Position numbers and translations under genes: made by a program. A stretch of DNA of 63,496 bases from Candidatus Hadarchaeota archaeon (GTDB lineage: Archaea; Hadarchaeota; Hadarchaeia; Hadarchaeales; Hadarchaeaceae): assembly GCA_964394495.1 (NCBI GenBank), contig CAYMXQ010000002.1, forward strand, positions 1 to 63,496. The letters run 5' to 3'. Below are positions 9,827-17,967 of this stretch, in pieces. Under the pieces are notes generated by a model. That model was not told the origin of the DNA. It saw only the letters and a program-made list of their open reading frames with translations, and did not search any database. Positions within the stretch are counted from its first letter, which is position 1, and the number at the start of each line of letters is the position of its first letter.

Positions 9827-10283
9827 ATCACCACCTCGGTAAAACGACGATACGCAAAGGGGGGGTATCGCATAAATGCTATGTTGTAAAAAATTTGCTC
9901 TTTAACGTTAAAAAATGAGAAAAATTTTGACTTTGTATTACCTATCCACGCTGCAATTTTGTTCAACTTGAAGGTAAGGGATCTACTAATACGCCGGCAC
10001 ACTTTCGCGGCACTGTTTGACGCTAACGGCAAGGTACTCACCATGTTAAACTCAAATGGTAAATTTTTTGCTTGTTTAGGGGAGAGGTCGCCGAAAAAAA
10101 TCCTGATTCCGTTTTGCTGCTTTGTAACGGTTTATTTTAAAATCGTCGGTTATGTTGCTCATTTTTCCCAACAAGAGGTGTGTTTTCCTTAGTTCGAGTG
10201 GAAACACAGGAAAACAGTGGAAATATAGGTCTGAAAGCTTTCGCTGAAAGGTTAAACCTAAAATTTAAAATTTTTGAGTTGAA
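9827..10283. promoter_or_regulatory. Candidate replication origin (AT-rich region with ORB-like boxes) upstream of the MCM-GINS-Orc1-PolD operon
   Basis: 457-nt non-coding, visibly AT-rich stretch (9880-9945, 10060-10150). Two direct ORB-like boxes: TTCGAGTGGAAACACAGG (10193-10210) and CAGTGGAAATATAGG (10215-10229). Dyad TGTGTTTTCC/GGAAACACA around the first box. G7 run at 9859-9865. Confidence 0.5.
10082..10102 (+). repeat. 21-nt motif GAGAGGTCGCCGAAAAAAATC, copy 1 (identical copy at 18020-18040)
   Basis: Exact 21/21 match between two intergenic regions about 8 kb apart. Flanks are also similar (GTTTaGGg / GTTTGGaa upstream; TTGCT..TTTG..GGTTTATT downstream). Confidence 0.85.
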
Positions 10284-11582
10284 TCAGCGTATCTTAATGT
10301 ACTCATAAGCTTGGGTCGCTGACTCAAAACAATAATGGACGCGCTGGTAATCACGCCTAAATTCGGCTACTTCGGCAGCCACGCGACTTGTCTCTTCACC
10401 ATCGATGACAATCCGCTTGATAAAGTCGGCTATAACTCCCATTTCCCTCTCCTTCATCCCGAGCCTAGTCACCTCTGAAGCGCCTAGCCTTATGCCACCA
10501 GGGTTTTTGTAGTGTCTGCCATCACGGATGTCCCAAGGCAACAGGTTTCGGTTCAATATGCTGTTCGCTTGCTCCAATTTTTGTTCCAGCGTACCACCGT
10601 CACCATACTTTGTGACATCGACAACTATCATATGCGAACGAGTAAATCCCTGATCCGGGCACAGTACATTCAATCCTAGATCGTAAAGTGCTCGGCCCAA
10701 TGCCCTGGCGTTTTTGACTATTTGAGACGTGTAATCCTTGCCGAACTCGAGCATTTCGGCTAGAGCTATCGCCAAAGCGGCTACCGAGTGGAGATGATGG
10801 TTGCTGACGACGCCCGGGAATACTGCTTTGTTTATCGCCTCGGCCAACTCTTTTTTACACAAAATCATGCCATGCTGGGGCCCTGGCAGGGTCTTGTGGG
10901 TGCTACACGTCATCACGTCCACTCCCTCCCGCAATGGGTCTTGAAATTGCCCCCCGGCTATCAGCCCTGCCACGTGAGCGGCGTCGTACGCCACGTACGC
11001 ACCAACCTCCCTCGCCACCTCGCTGAGTTCCCTCACGGGATGGGGGAACAGAAAAACGCTGCCTCCGAAAAACGCGAGCTTTGGCTTGACCTCCCGTATC
11101 ATCTTCGCTGCGGCATCAACATCGATGTTCATCCTTTTCTCGTCGAACGGCCAGTACTCCACCTCCAGTCCATGTACTGCCCCAGCTGTTCCGCCGAACT
11201 TCTGCTTGCCCATGCTTATGTGCCCGCCGCATGGGATCGCCAGACACATCATCTTGTCTCCTGGTTTTGTGAGGGCAGTGTACATGGCGAGGTTCGCTAC
11301 GACCCCTGAGATTGGCTGTACATTTGCGTGCTCTGCCCTGAAAAGTTCCTTCGCCAGGTCCATTGTGAGAAACTCAACCTGATCTATGTATTTGCAGCCA
11401 GCGTATACTCGCTCACCGGGCCAACCCTCAGCATACCGGTGATGGAAATCGCTTATCAGTGCCTCTCTCACCGCCGGGCTAGTCACATTTTCGCTGGCTA
11501 TCAACGGCAATGATTTTTTGAACCAGTCGTGGTGCTCCTGCAGCAGCTCCAAAGTCCTGTCGTATGCTTCCTTAGGGCGCAT
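10284..11582 (-). CDS. glyA: Serine hydroxymethyltransferase
   Basis: 432 aa. PLP-lysine motif TCSTHKTLPGPQ. Typical SHMT N-terminus. Confidence 0.93.
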   Translation of the reverse strand: MRPKEAYDRTLELLQEHHDWFKKSLPLIASENVTSPAVREALISDFHHRYAEGWPGERVYAGCKYIDQVEFLTMDLAKELFRAEHANVQPISGVVANLAMYTALTKPGDKMMCLAIPCGGHISMGKQKFGGTAGAVHGLEVEYWPFDEKRMNIDVDAAAKMIREVKPKLAFFGGSVFLFPHPVRELSEVAREVGAYVAYDAAHVAGLIAGGQFQDPLREGVDVMTCSTHKTLPGPQHGMILCKKELAEAINKAVFPGVVSNHHLHSVAALAIALAEMLEFGKDYTSQIVKNARALGRALYDLGLNVLCPDQGFTRSHMIVVDVTKYGDGGTLEQKLEQANSILNRNLLPWDIRDGRHYKNPGGIRLGASEVTRLGMKEREMGVIADFIKRIVIDGEETSRVAAEVAEFRRDYQRVHYCFESATQAYEYIKIR

Positions 11583-11586
11583 CCCA

Positions 11587-12810
11587 TCACCTTAACAATT
11601 TCACTATATCATCGTATCTGGCCGGGGCTTCCCGTATCGGCCCCGAGACTTTTATTGCTTCCTCGGGGTCCTTTAAAAGATGTCCGGTCGTGACACAGAC
11701 CACGCACTCGTCACGCTTGACTGTTCCTTGACTCACGAGTTTTTTAAGCCCGGCAACGGTTGAAGCGCTCGCGGGCTCCACTCCTATCCCCTCAAGTCTG
11801 GCCAGCAGCTTTTGGGCCTCGACGATCTCGTCATCGCTCACGGCCTCAGCAGTGCCCCCAGAGGCCCGAATTGCACGGATGGCCTTCGGCCCGTTGACGG
11901 GGTTGCCTATACGAATCGCCGTGGCTATCGTCTCCGGTTTTTCTGTAGGTTCGAACCTGTCCAACCCGCGCTTTATGGCGTCTACGATTGGCATAGACCC
12001 CTCAGCTTGAATCCCCGTCATCTTGGGTATGCCGTCTGTCAAACCGACCATATCTAATTCAAAAAAGCCCTTGTATATCGCCCAGATATTGGCGCAGTTT
12101 CCCATCGGTACAACGATACGGTCCGGCACCTTCCAGCCGAGCTGGTCTGCTATCTCAAACCCTATCGACTTCTGTCCCTGGGGCCTGAACGGATTGAGAG
12201 AGTTCAGGAGGTAGACGTCCTTATGCTCGTCACATATCCTACGCACGATTGCTTGCGCCTCGTCGAAGTTCCCCTTCACGGCAACCACGTCGGCACCGTA
12301 GACCATTGTCTGCGCGAGCTTCCCTAGCGCCACCTTTCCCTTTGGGAGCAGGACCACACAGCGTAGACCTGCCCTCGCCGCGTATGCTGCGAGTGACGCG
12401 GAGGTGTTTCCTGTCGACGCGCATGCGACCGTCTTGACCCCGAACTCTAGCGCTTTCGTGACCCCGACCGTCATCCCGCGGTCCTTGAAAGAACCTGTTG
12501 GGTTGGCTCCCTCGAACTTCACGTAAAGCTCCCGGACGCCGACCTCCTTCGCAAGACGGTCGCATCGGTATAGTGGAGTCCCGCCCTCATCGAGACTGAC
12601 GATCTTCGACTCGTCCAGAACTGGCATGAACGCCCGGTATTTCCAGACACTCGGGGGCTCTGACTTCATACGTTTGCGGTCGAGCCTGCGCTTCAGTTCG
12701 CTAGGTTTAAACTCTACTTCCAGCAATCCGCCACACTTTGGGCATGTGTAGAACCTCTCATTTATCTTGAATTTAGCGCCGCACTCAATACACTCCAACC
12801 GCAAGTTCAA
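11587..12810 (-). CDS. thrC: Threonine synthase with N-terminal zinc ribbon
   Basis: 407 aa. CIECG..CPKCGG ribbon and PLP-lysine motif FEGANPTGSFKDRG. Confidence 0.92.
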   Translation of the reverse strand: MNLRLECIECGAKFKINERFYTCPKCGGLLEVEFKPSELKRRLDRKRMKSEPPSVWKYRAFMPVLDESKIVSLDEGGTPLYRCDRLAKEVGVRELYVKFEGANPTGSFKDRGMTVGVTKALEFGVKTVACASTGNTSASLAAYAARAGLRCVVLLPKGKVALGKLAQTMVYGADVVAVKGNFDEAQAIVRRICDEHKDVYLLNSLNPFRPQGQKSIGFEIADQLGWKVPDRIVVPMGNCANIWAIYKGFFELDMVGLTDGIPKMTGIQAEGSMPIVDAIKRGLDRFEPTEKPETIATAIRIGNPVNGPKAIRAIRASGGTAEAVSDDEIVEAQKLLARLEGIGVEPASASTVAGLKKLVSQGTVKRDECVVCVTTGHLLKDPEEAIKVSGPIREAPARYDDIVKLLR

Positions 12811-13823
12811 CCCCCAAGCGTTCGATGGATATCGATCAGATCGCCGAGCAATGAACTCGAGGTCTCCTGCGGGCCAGCTCCGAAGCCGGTTATGGTAATC
12901 TCCCGCGCCAAATCAAGCTCAAACGTCACGGCATTCAAAGTCCCACCAACCGCAAGGGGATGCCCGAGTGGAACAAGCTTTGGCCCCACCTCAAGTGTGT
13001 TTCTCCTCGCGATGCCGATGAGCTTTATGGCCTGCCCGGCTTCACGGGCCAGACGAATCGCCTCTATGGAAACCCGGTCGACGCCCGTCACATTGACGTC
13101 CCTGAGTTTTGCGTTCACTCCCAAAAGCGAGTTCGCGAGGATGGTGAGTTTGCATGCTGTGTCTATGCCTCTGATGTCGAGGGTCGGGTCCTTCTCAGCT
13201 ATTCCCATTTCTTGTGCTTCGCGAAGAATTATATCGAAGGGAATGCCCTCTGTGCCCATGCGTGTTAGGATATAGTTTGTGGTTCCGTTTAGCACCCCAC
13301 GAATCTCACGTATGTCATTCCCAGCCAAAAGTTTCCTTGCCAAGCCTATCACCGGCACGGCCCCGCCCACCGAAGCTGAATACCTGAACTCCACCCCGCA
13401 CTTCTTTGCCAGTGAGTCTAGTTCCCTGAAAGCGACAACGAGTGGACCTTTATTGGAGGTTATGACGTGCTTCCCAGCTTGCATGGCACGCTTGATGTGG
13501 GTCAGGCCCGGCTCCCCAGTCTCAATGTTCGTCGGTGTTAGCTCATAGACGACATCTGCCTCCACACGTTCAATTACCTCCAGAGCCGTTTTGCCACGTT
13601 TTCCTCCTTTATACGCTGACACTGTTCCTCTCTTCTCTGCTGCGTTCAGCAACTGTGCTAAACTAAGCCCGTTTTCGTCAACGGCTGCACCGAACTCATC
13701 CACGGCCGCTACCACGCGAGGTGTTAAACCATGAGTTTCGCGTAGGAAGTCTGCCTTCTGGATGAATACGCGGGTGAGCCCTTTGCCTAGGTTCCCAAAC
13801 CCAACGAGCACTATCCGCATCAT
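12807..13823 (-). CDS. hom: Homoserine dehydrogenase
   Basis: 338 aa. N-terminal Rossmann motif VLVGFGNLGKG and a homoserine-DH catalytic domain (NGTTNYIL). No C-terminal ACT domain. Confidence 0.9.
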   Translation of the reverse strand: MMRIVLVGFGNLGKGLTRVFIQKADFLRETHGLTPRVVAAVDEFGAAVDENGLSLAQLLNAAEKRGTVSAYKGGKRGKTALEVIERVEADVVYELTPTNIETGEPGLTHIKRAMQAGKHVITSNKGPLVVAFRELDSLAKKCGVEFRYSASVGGAVPVIGLARKLLAGNDIREIRGVLNGTTNYILTRMGTEGIPFDIILREAQEMGIAEKDPTLDIRGIDTACKLTILANSLLGVNAKLRDVNVTGVDRVSIEAIRLAREAGQAIKLIGIARRNTLEVGPKLVPLGHPLAVGGTLNAVTFELDLAREITITGFGAGPQETSSSLLGDLIDIHRTLGG

Positions 13824-14398
13824 TCCGCCTCCACGGATGTTATCATGAGAAGTTTTTTCTTGCCCGCTATGAATTTTAGCGTGGAAATTGCTGATTTAGC
13901 GTGTCTTTCGCCGTCGGCTGTAATTGTCATCCGCGCAGCTGAGTCTTTGCCCGGCGCCCCCATCGCTAGACTCAAGTCTGACACCATAACTCCTCTTATG
14001 GAGTTCAGACGGTCGATCGTGTCTCGTATGTCGGTATGGATGATGTGGCCTATCAACAATACTGTTGTTCTTAATGCGCCCTCCCGCTCTCCGAGCTGAG
14101 TGACCCTCACACCCATCGCCCGAAGCGTTTCCAAGATTTTATTGAGCCTTGTCCTATCACCTATTTCGAACACCAGCATTACGGGCAAGCGCCCAAGCGG
14201 TGTCTTCCGCTCGCGCTGGTGCATAATGCTCTGTATGTTTCCCCCGAAACGTGAAATCGGGTCGAGCGCCTTAAGGAGCTGCCCTGGGACATCCTCAAGC
14301 TCCATCAAGATTCTCACCAGCATATCCCCACACTCCAATATACAGGAGACCTCCGTTTCATCTGAGTTCGGGGGCAAAATAAATGTTGCTTCACTCAC
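13820..14398 (-). CDS. Tandem ACT-domain regulatory protein
   Basis: 192 aa with two ACT-like beta-alpha-beta-beta-alpha-beta units. Translationally coupled just upstream of hom, which lacks its own ACT domain. Confidence 0.7.
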   Translation of the reverse strand: MSEATFILPPNSDETEVSCILECGDMLVRILMELEDVPGQLLKALDPISRFGGNIQSIMHQRERKTPLGRLPVMLVFEIGDRTRLNKILETLRAMGVRVTQLGEREGALRTTVLLIGHIIHTDIRDTIDRLNSIRGVMVSDLSLAMGAPGKDSAARMTITADGERHAKSAISTLKFIAGKKKLLMITSVEAE

Positions 14399-15616
14399 TT
14401 ATGCTTTTGACAGCTTGACCAGCTCGTCCATTAATTCGTGACCTTCGATTAGGCCGAGGGCCCCTCTTTTGGCCGAGGCCTCGTCGAAAGATTTCACCGC
14501 GTCTCTCTCGTTTCTCGTCGAATAAATCGCGACGGGCACTGGCTCCGGGGTATGGGATCTGACCTTTATTGGTGTCGGGTGGTCCGGCATTATCGATATG
14601 ACATATTCCCCGTATTCCCCTTTCAACCCATCCATTATCTTTCCGAGCAGACGGGAATCAATATTTTCTATTGCTTCGATTTTTCGACCTAGGTCGCCCA
14701 TGTGCCCGGCTTCGTCCGGCGCTTCTACATGGACTAAAACCAAATCGTGGGTCTTTAACGCCTTCAACGCGTACTTCGCCTTGTTTTCGTAGTTTGTGTC
14801 GAAGTAGCCTGTCGCCCCAGGAACTTCTATTTTGCTCATCCCCGCGTAAACGCCTATGCCTTTTATAACATTTACGGCTGACACGATAGCCCCTTTGAGC
14901 CCATACTTTTCGGTCAATGTTTTAATCCTCGGTCTTTTTCCTTGGCCCCACAGCCAAATCATGTTGGCCGGTTTCCTTCCCGCTTTTACCCTAGCGGCGT
15001 TTGTTGGGTGGCTCGTGAGGATTTGTTTTGATTTCAGTGTCATCTCGTTCAGAATTTTTGCTGTTTCGTTGTTTTTCGGTTTGATTAGGTGGTCGCTGAC
15101 TGTTTCTCCGACGATATCGTGGGGTGGAATAGTTTTGAGCTTACCCGCGCCCCTCGGCGCGTCTCTCATGACAAATAGATGGCGGTAGCTAATACCAACG
15201 TAAAAGTCGCCCAAGCGCCCGTAATTTTTCTTTACCGCGCCCATCAGCTCTTGTGCTTCCTCTGTGGTTATGTGACCGGCGCTGTAGTCCGCGATGACTC
15301 CGCTTTCTTCTGTTATCAGGTTGCACCTGAAAGCGAGGTCATCCTTCTCCAATTTGACATCGATGCCGGCTGCTTCCAAGGGGCCTCTGCCGCTGTGATA
15401 CTTCTTGGGGTCGTAACCGAGTATTGACATTATTGCGATATCCGAACCCGGCTCCGTCTTCTTCGGGATAGTTCTCAGCAACCCGTTCTTACCGTGGGAG
15501 GCTATCCAGTCCATGTTCGGTTTATCCGCGGCTTGTAAGGGAGTCTTCCCCCTGAGTTCCTTAATGGGATAATCTGCCATTCCGTCTCCAACTACTATGA
15601 CATATTTCATGCGCAC
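14399..15616 (-). CDS. Archaeal cofactor-independent phosphoglycerate mutase (ApgM) family protein; in this context the proposed non-orthologous homoserine kinase
   Basis: 405 aa. Alkaline-phosphatase-superfamily metal motifs VVGDGMADYP and HVEAPDEAGHMGD. First gene of the ACT-hom-thrC-glyA operon, which has no thrB. Confidence 0.75.
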   Translation of the reverse strand: MRMKYVIVVGDGMADYPIKELRGKTPLQAADKPNMDWIASHGKNGLLRTIPKKTEPGSDIAIMSILGYDPKKYHSGRGPLEAAGIDVKLEKDDLAFRCNLITEESGVIADYSAGHITTEEAQELMGAVKKNYGRLGDFYVGISYRHLFVMRDAPRGAGKLKTIPPHDIVGETVSDHLIKPKNNETAKILNEMTLKSKQILTSHPTNAARVKAGRKPANMIWLWGQGKRPRIKTLTEKYGLKGAIVSAVNVIKGIGVYAGMSKIEVPGATGYFDTNYENKAKYALKALKTHDLVLVHVEAPDEAGHMGDLGRKIEAIENIDSRLLGKIMDGLKGEYGEYVISIMPDHPTPIKVRSHTPEPVPVAIYSTRNERDAVKSFDEASAKRGALGLIEGHELMDELVKLSKA

Positions 15617-15803
15617 GCCCCGCTCGGTTACTTCTCAATTTCTTGTAAGCTACACTATATAATGCCAACCCCTGCGTTAACCAGAAAAACGTTGCACACA
15701 ATTTTCGTCGGGGCGAACGCCATTTTGACCGACCCTACTATGACTTTTTACGTGGTGTCTTAGTTTTTAGGGAGACTTGGCACGTGCTACACCAAGATTT
15801 AGT

Positions 15804-15935
15804 CTACTCCTCTTCAACCAACTCTTCTTCGGCGAGTAAACATTCGTTGTGCGAGAAAAAGTCGCACCCGGGACAGCACTCGTTGCGGTTCCCGCACTCT
15901 TCATGCATGTAGCACCGAAAACAGCACTTTGGCAC
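15804..15935 (-). CDS. Hypothetical 43-aa cysteine-rich protein with acidic tail
   Basis: GTG start preceded by GAGGTG at a 5-nt spacing, with TTTAAATA (TATA-like) further upstream. Sequence (M)PKCCFRCYMHEECGNRNECCPGCDFFSHNECLLAEEELVEEE has 9 Cys. Too short for the ORF track. Confidence 0.3.
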   Translation of the reverse strand: MPKCCFRCYMHEECGNRNECCPGCDFFSHNECLLAEEELVEEE

Positions 15936-16139
15936 TGCAGCACCTCTGGAAACTCTCGTGTAAAAAAACTCCGTTTTCGTATTTAAACGTTTCGCTGGAA
16001 TTTTAGTTTAAGCACCAGTTACCCCACCCAAATGGAAATCTCGGTCAAATATTCCCCTAAACCTTAGTAAAGCCCAGAAAAGAGAGCTAAACCCCAAAAA
16101 GAGAAAGATTTTTATGGCAGTTAAATCCTATTATTAATT

Positions 16140-16422
16140 GCGCTGGGAGGGTGATCCGGGAGGGCCTCTAGAATCGATCTTGGTGGATCCCACTGGTAAG
16201 GGCCTTTATTGAGTTAGGCCAATTCGTAACGGCCCCGAACAGCAGGCTGACAAGGTTGGTTCGAAGACTCTTAACTGGTCGCGGCGTGGAAAGTTCGCAA
16301 GATCGCTCCACACGATCCGTGAAGGGTCGGAACGGTGTGGTTCGGCGGGCTGCCCAAAAGGTGGTCTGGACGGGCTGCATCGACTGCGATCATAGAGGGA
16401 CTCGCGGCCCAAATCCTGGCGC
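16140..16422 (+). ncRNA. Structured ncRNA of about 283 nt; RNase P-RNA-like motifs and topology but atypical architecture; SRP RNA is the alternative
   Basis: TATA-like TTTTTATGG lies about 25 nt upstream and a T6 run (16424-16429) follows immediately. The 9-bp terminal helix 16140-16148/16414-16422 and the long imperfect helix 16242-16260/16360-16378 contain many G-U pairs, which work only on the + strand. Also GGAAAGUUCGC..GCUCCA at 16288-16309, and AUAGAG followed by GGACU (16392-16402), which is complementary to AGUUC. Confidence 0.6.
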
Positions 16423-16467
16423 ATTTTTTGATTATGAAAAAGCTCTCTTGATTTTGCTAAACGATTT

Positions 16468-17097
16468 CTATTTCAAAACTTCTCCTGTTTTCAAGTACCA
16501 GAGATAAAGATCTAACTCGCTCAGCGTAAGGCTTAGCCTCCGTGCGAGTTTCTCTAGTTCTTTTTCTACTTCTAAATAACGCGCGCGCGTCAATGACCGG
16601 AGCATTTTATCGATTAGTTCGTGCTCATGAAGAACGCTGAGTACGTGTCGATCCAGTATGGCTACGTTAACGAACCCAACGTTGCGCAGGAAATGCGATG
16701 CTTCTTTCCAACCCAAACCTTTCACATTGTTTACCAACCACTCGCGGGCTTGCCGCTCGTCCTTGAACTTCTCTATGATGTCTTTTATGCCACGAAACCT
16801 ACGCGACTCGACAATGTAGTGTGCTCTGGTGTTTGGGAACCTATGCCCAAGCCGCCGGAGCTTTTCTTTTAGCTCTGTCTCGGGCAGTTTTAGAAACCCC
16901 TCGCTCCCGAGCTCATGCTGGATTTTTATTCCAGATCTGGCCGTCGAGTTTGCGGTGAGGATACAGAAACATAGCTCAGAAAACCATTCTTCGTTACTTT
17001 GATGGCTGCGCTCCCTGAACTCCTGCGTCCTGCGAGCTACAAGCTCGCCCACCTCCCCTGCCTTCAGTTCGTTTATCTTTTTTACTAAGCTTCCCAC
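16468..17097 (-). CDS. ogg: 8-oxoguanine DNA glycosylase/AP lyase, archaeal Ogg2 type (HhH-GPD)
   Basis: 209 aa. HhH motif VKGLGWKEASHFLRNVG followed by the catalytic-Asp context AILDRHV. Size and layout resemble the roughly 207-aa archaeal Ogg. Confidence 0.85.
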   Translation of the reverse strand: MGSLVKKINELKAGEVGELVARRTQEFRERSHQSNEEWFSELCFCILTANSTARSGIKIQHELGSEGFLKLPETELKEKLRRLGHRFPNTRAHYIVESRRFRGIKDIIEKFKDERQAREWLVNNVKGLGWKEASHFLRNVGFVNVAILDRHVLSVLHEHELIDKMLRSLTRARYLEVEKELEKLARRLSLTLSELDLYLWYLKTGEVLK

Positions 17098-17112
17098 CGG
17101 CTGCGCCCCAAC

Positions 17113-17967
17113 CTACAAAAACGGGGTTTGATTAATGCCTTGCTCTGATTGGACTGTTAGCTCTGTTTGAGTTGGGGCTGTCTGCCATTGACGGAAATAT
17201 TTCATCAACCCAAACGACGCGCTTGGGTGCGATTCCCACTCAAACAACCGCGCATTGGATGGGCTGGCGTCGAAAACCGAAAACGCGCCCACTTTCTTTG
17301 GGTCCAATGTAACCGAGACGAGACCTGTTTCCGGGCAAAGGCTCATCGGCGCCAACAACAAACCTCGCCTAGCCCGAAGCTCGGAGAGGAGGCATGTCTC
17401 TGTGCCTCTTTTTATCCCGAGGGAGGAGTTGATACCATCAACAATGACGCCTGGGAACTGTTCGCGTAAGTAGCTCGCAATATAATCCGTAAGCCCTCCC
17501 TGTAAACCCGCCAAAACGTCCGCGCCACCATCCCACGCTTCGCATGGTATTGTCTCAAGCGGCAACACCAAATCAAATCCTAGATCCCCGCTGTACTTCA
17601 CCCAAGGTTCTGGGGCACCCGCGTCAGCTAACGCCTCAACAACCCAAACTGTCGCCGTCTTTGCAAACTTAAGCCCGCCGTGTTTCGCTCTTACCGCCCA
17701 AACCAAATCGCGGCCCGCGGGGGAAGAAAAGTCCCGCCCCTGGTACCGCCAGTAAGAGCAGTAGAACGCTGACGCCCCCAACGCCAAGGCTCGGTTCAGT
17801 TCTGCTGTTGCGTTCAAAGCTACGGGCTGCTGCTCGCCTTCCCTAAAATATCGTTGTATGCTTTTGGCACGGCTGTTGTAGAACGCACACTCTCGAACGT
17901 CCTCGCTTCCTCTAGCACCCGCGAAATTTGTGATCGCTCGTCTCACATCGAGGCGATGGTAGTACAC
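17113..17967 (-). CDS. PriS-like (archaeo-eukaryotic primase fold) protein lacking the catalytic residues
   Basis: 284 aa, collinear with the PriS motifs. RECAF (vs REFGF). SAFYCSYWRY (vs YAVYSSVALY). GRDLVWAVRAKH in place of the metal-binding ELVFDIDAKD. KYSGDLGFD in place of YSGRGYH. LLLAPMSLCPETGL in place of LRLPSTLHSKVGL. Confidence 0.65.
   Translation of the reverse strand: MYYHRLDVRRAITNFAGARGSEDVRECAFYNSRAKSIQRYFREGEQQPVALNATAELNRALALGASAFYCSYWRYQGRDFSSPAGRDLVWAVRAKHGGLKFAKTATVWVVEALADAGAPEPWVKYSGDLGFDLVLPLETIPCEAWDGGADVLAGLQGGLTDYIASYLREQFPGVIVDGINSSLGIKRGTETCLLSELRARRGLLLAPMSLCPETGLVSVTLDPKKVGAFSVFDASPSNARLFEWESHPSASFGLMKYFRQWQTAPTQTELTVQSEQGINQTPFL

Noticed and set aside
16140-16422. 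Assigning the structured RNA confidently to SRP (7S) RNA on the basis of size, the terminal helix and GGUGA/GUAAC-like loops.
   Set aside because: I could not find the universal helix-8 motif (GNRA loop flanked by AGG / AGCA), and the two candidate Alu loops are about 65 nt apart. It is kept only as an alternative pending cmsearch.
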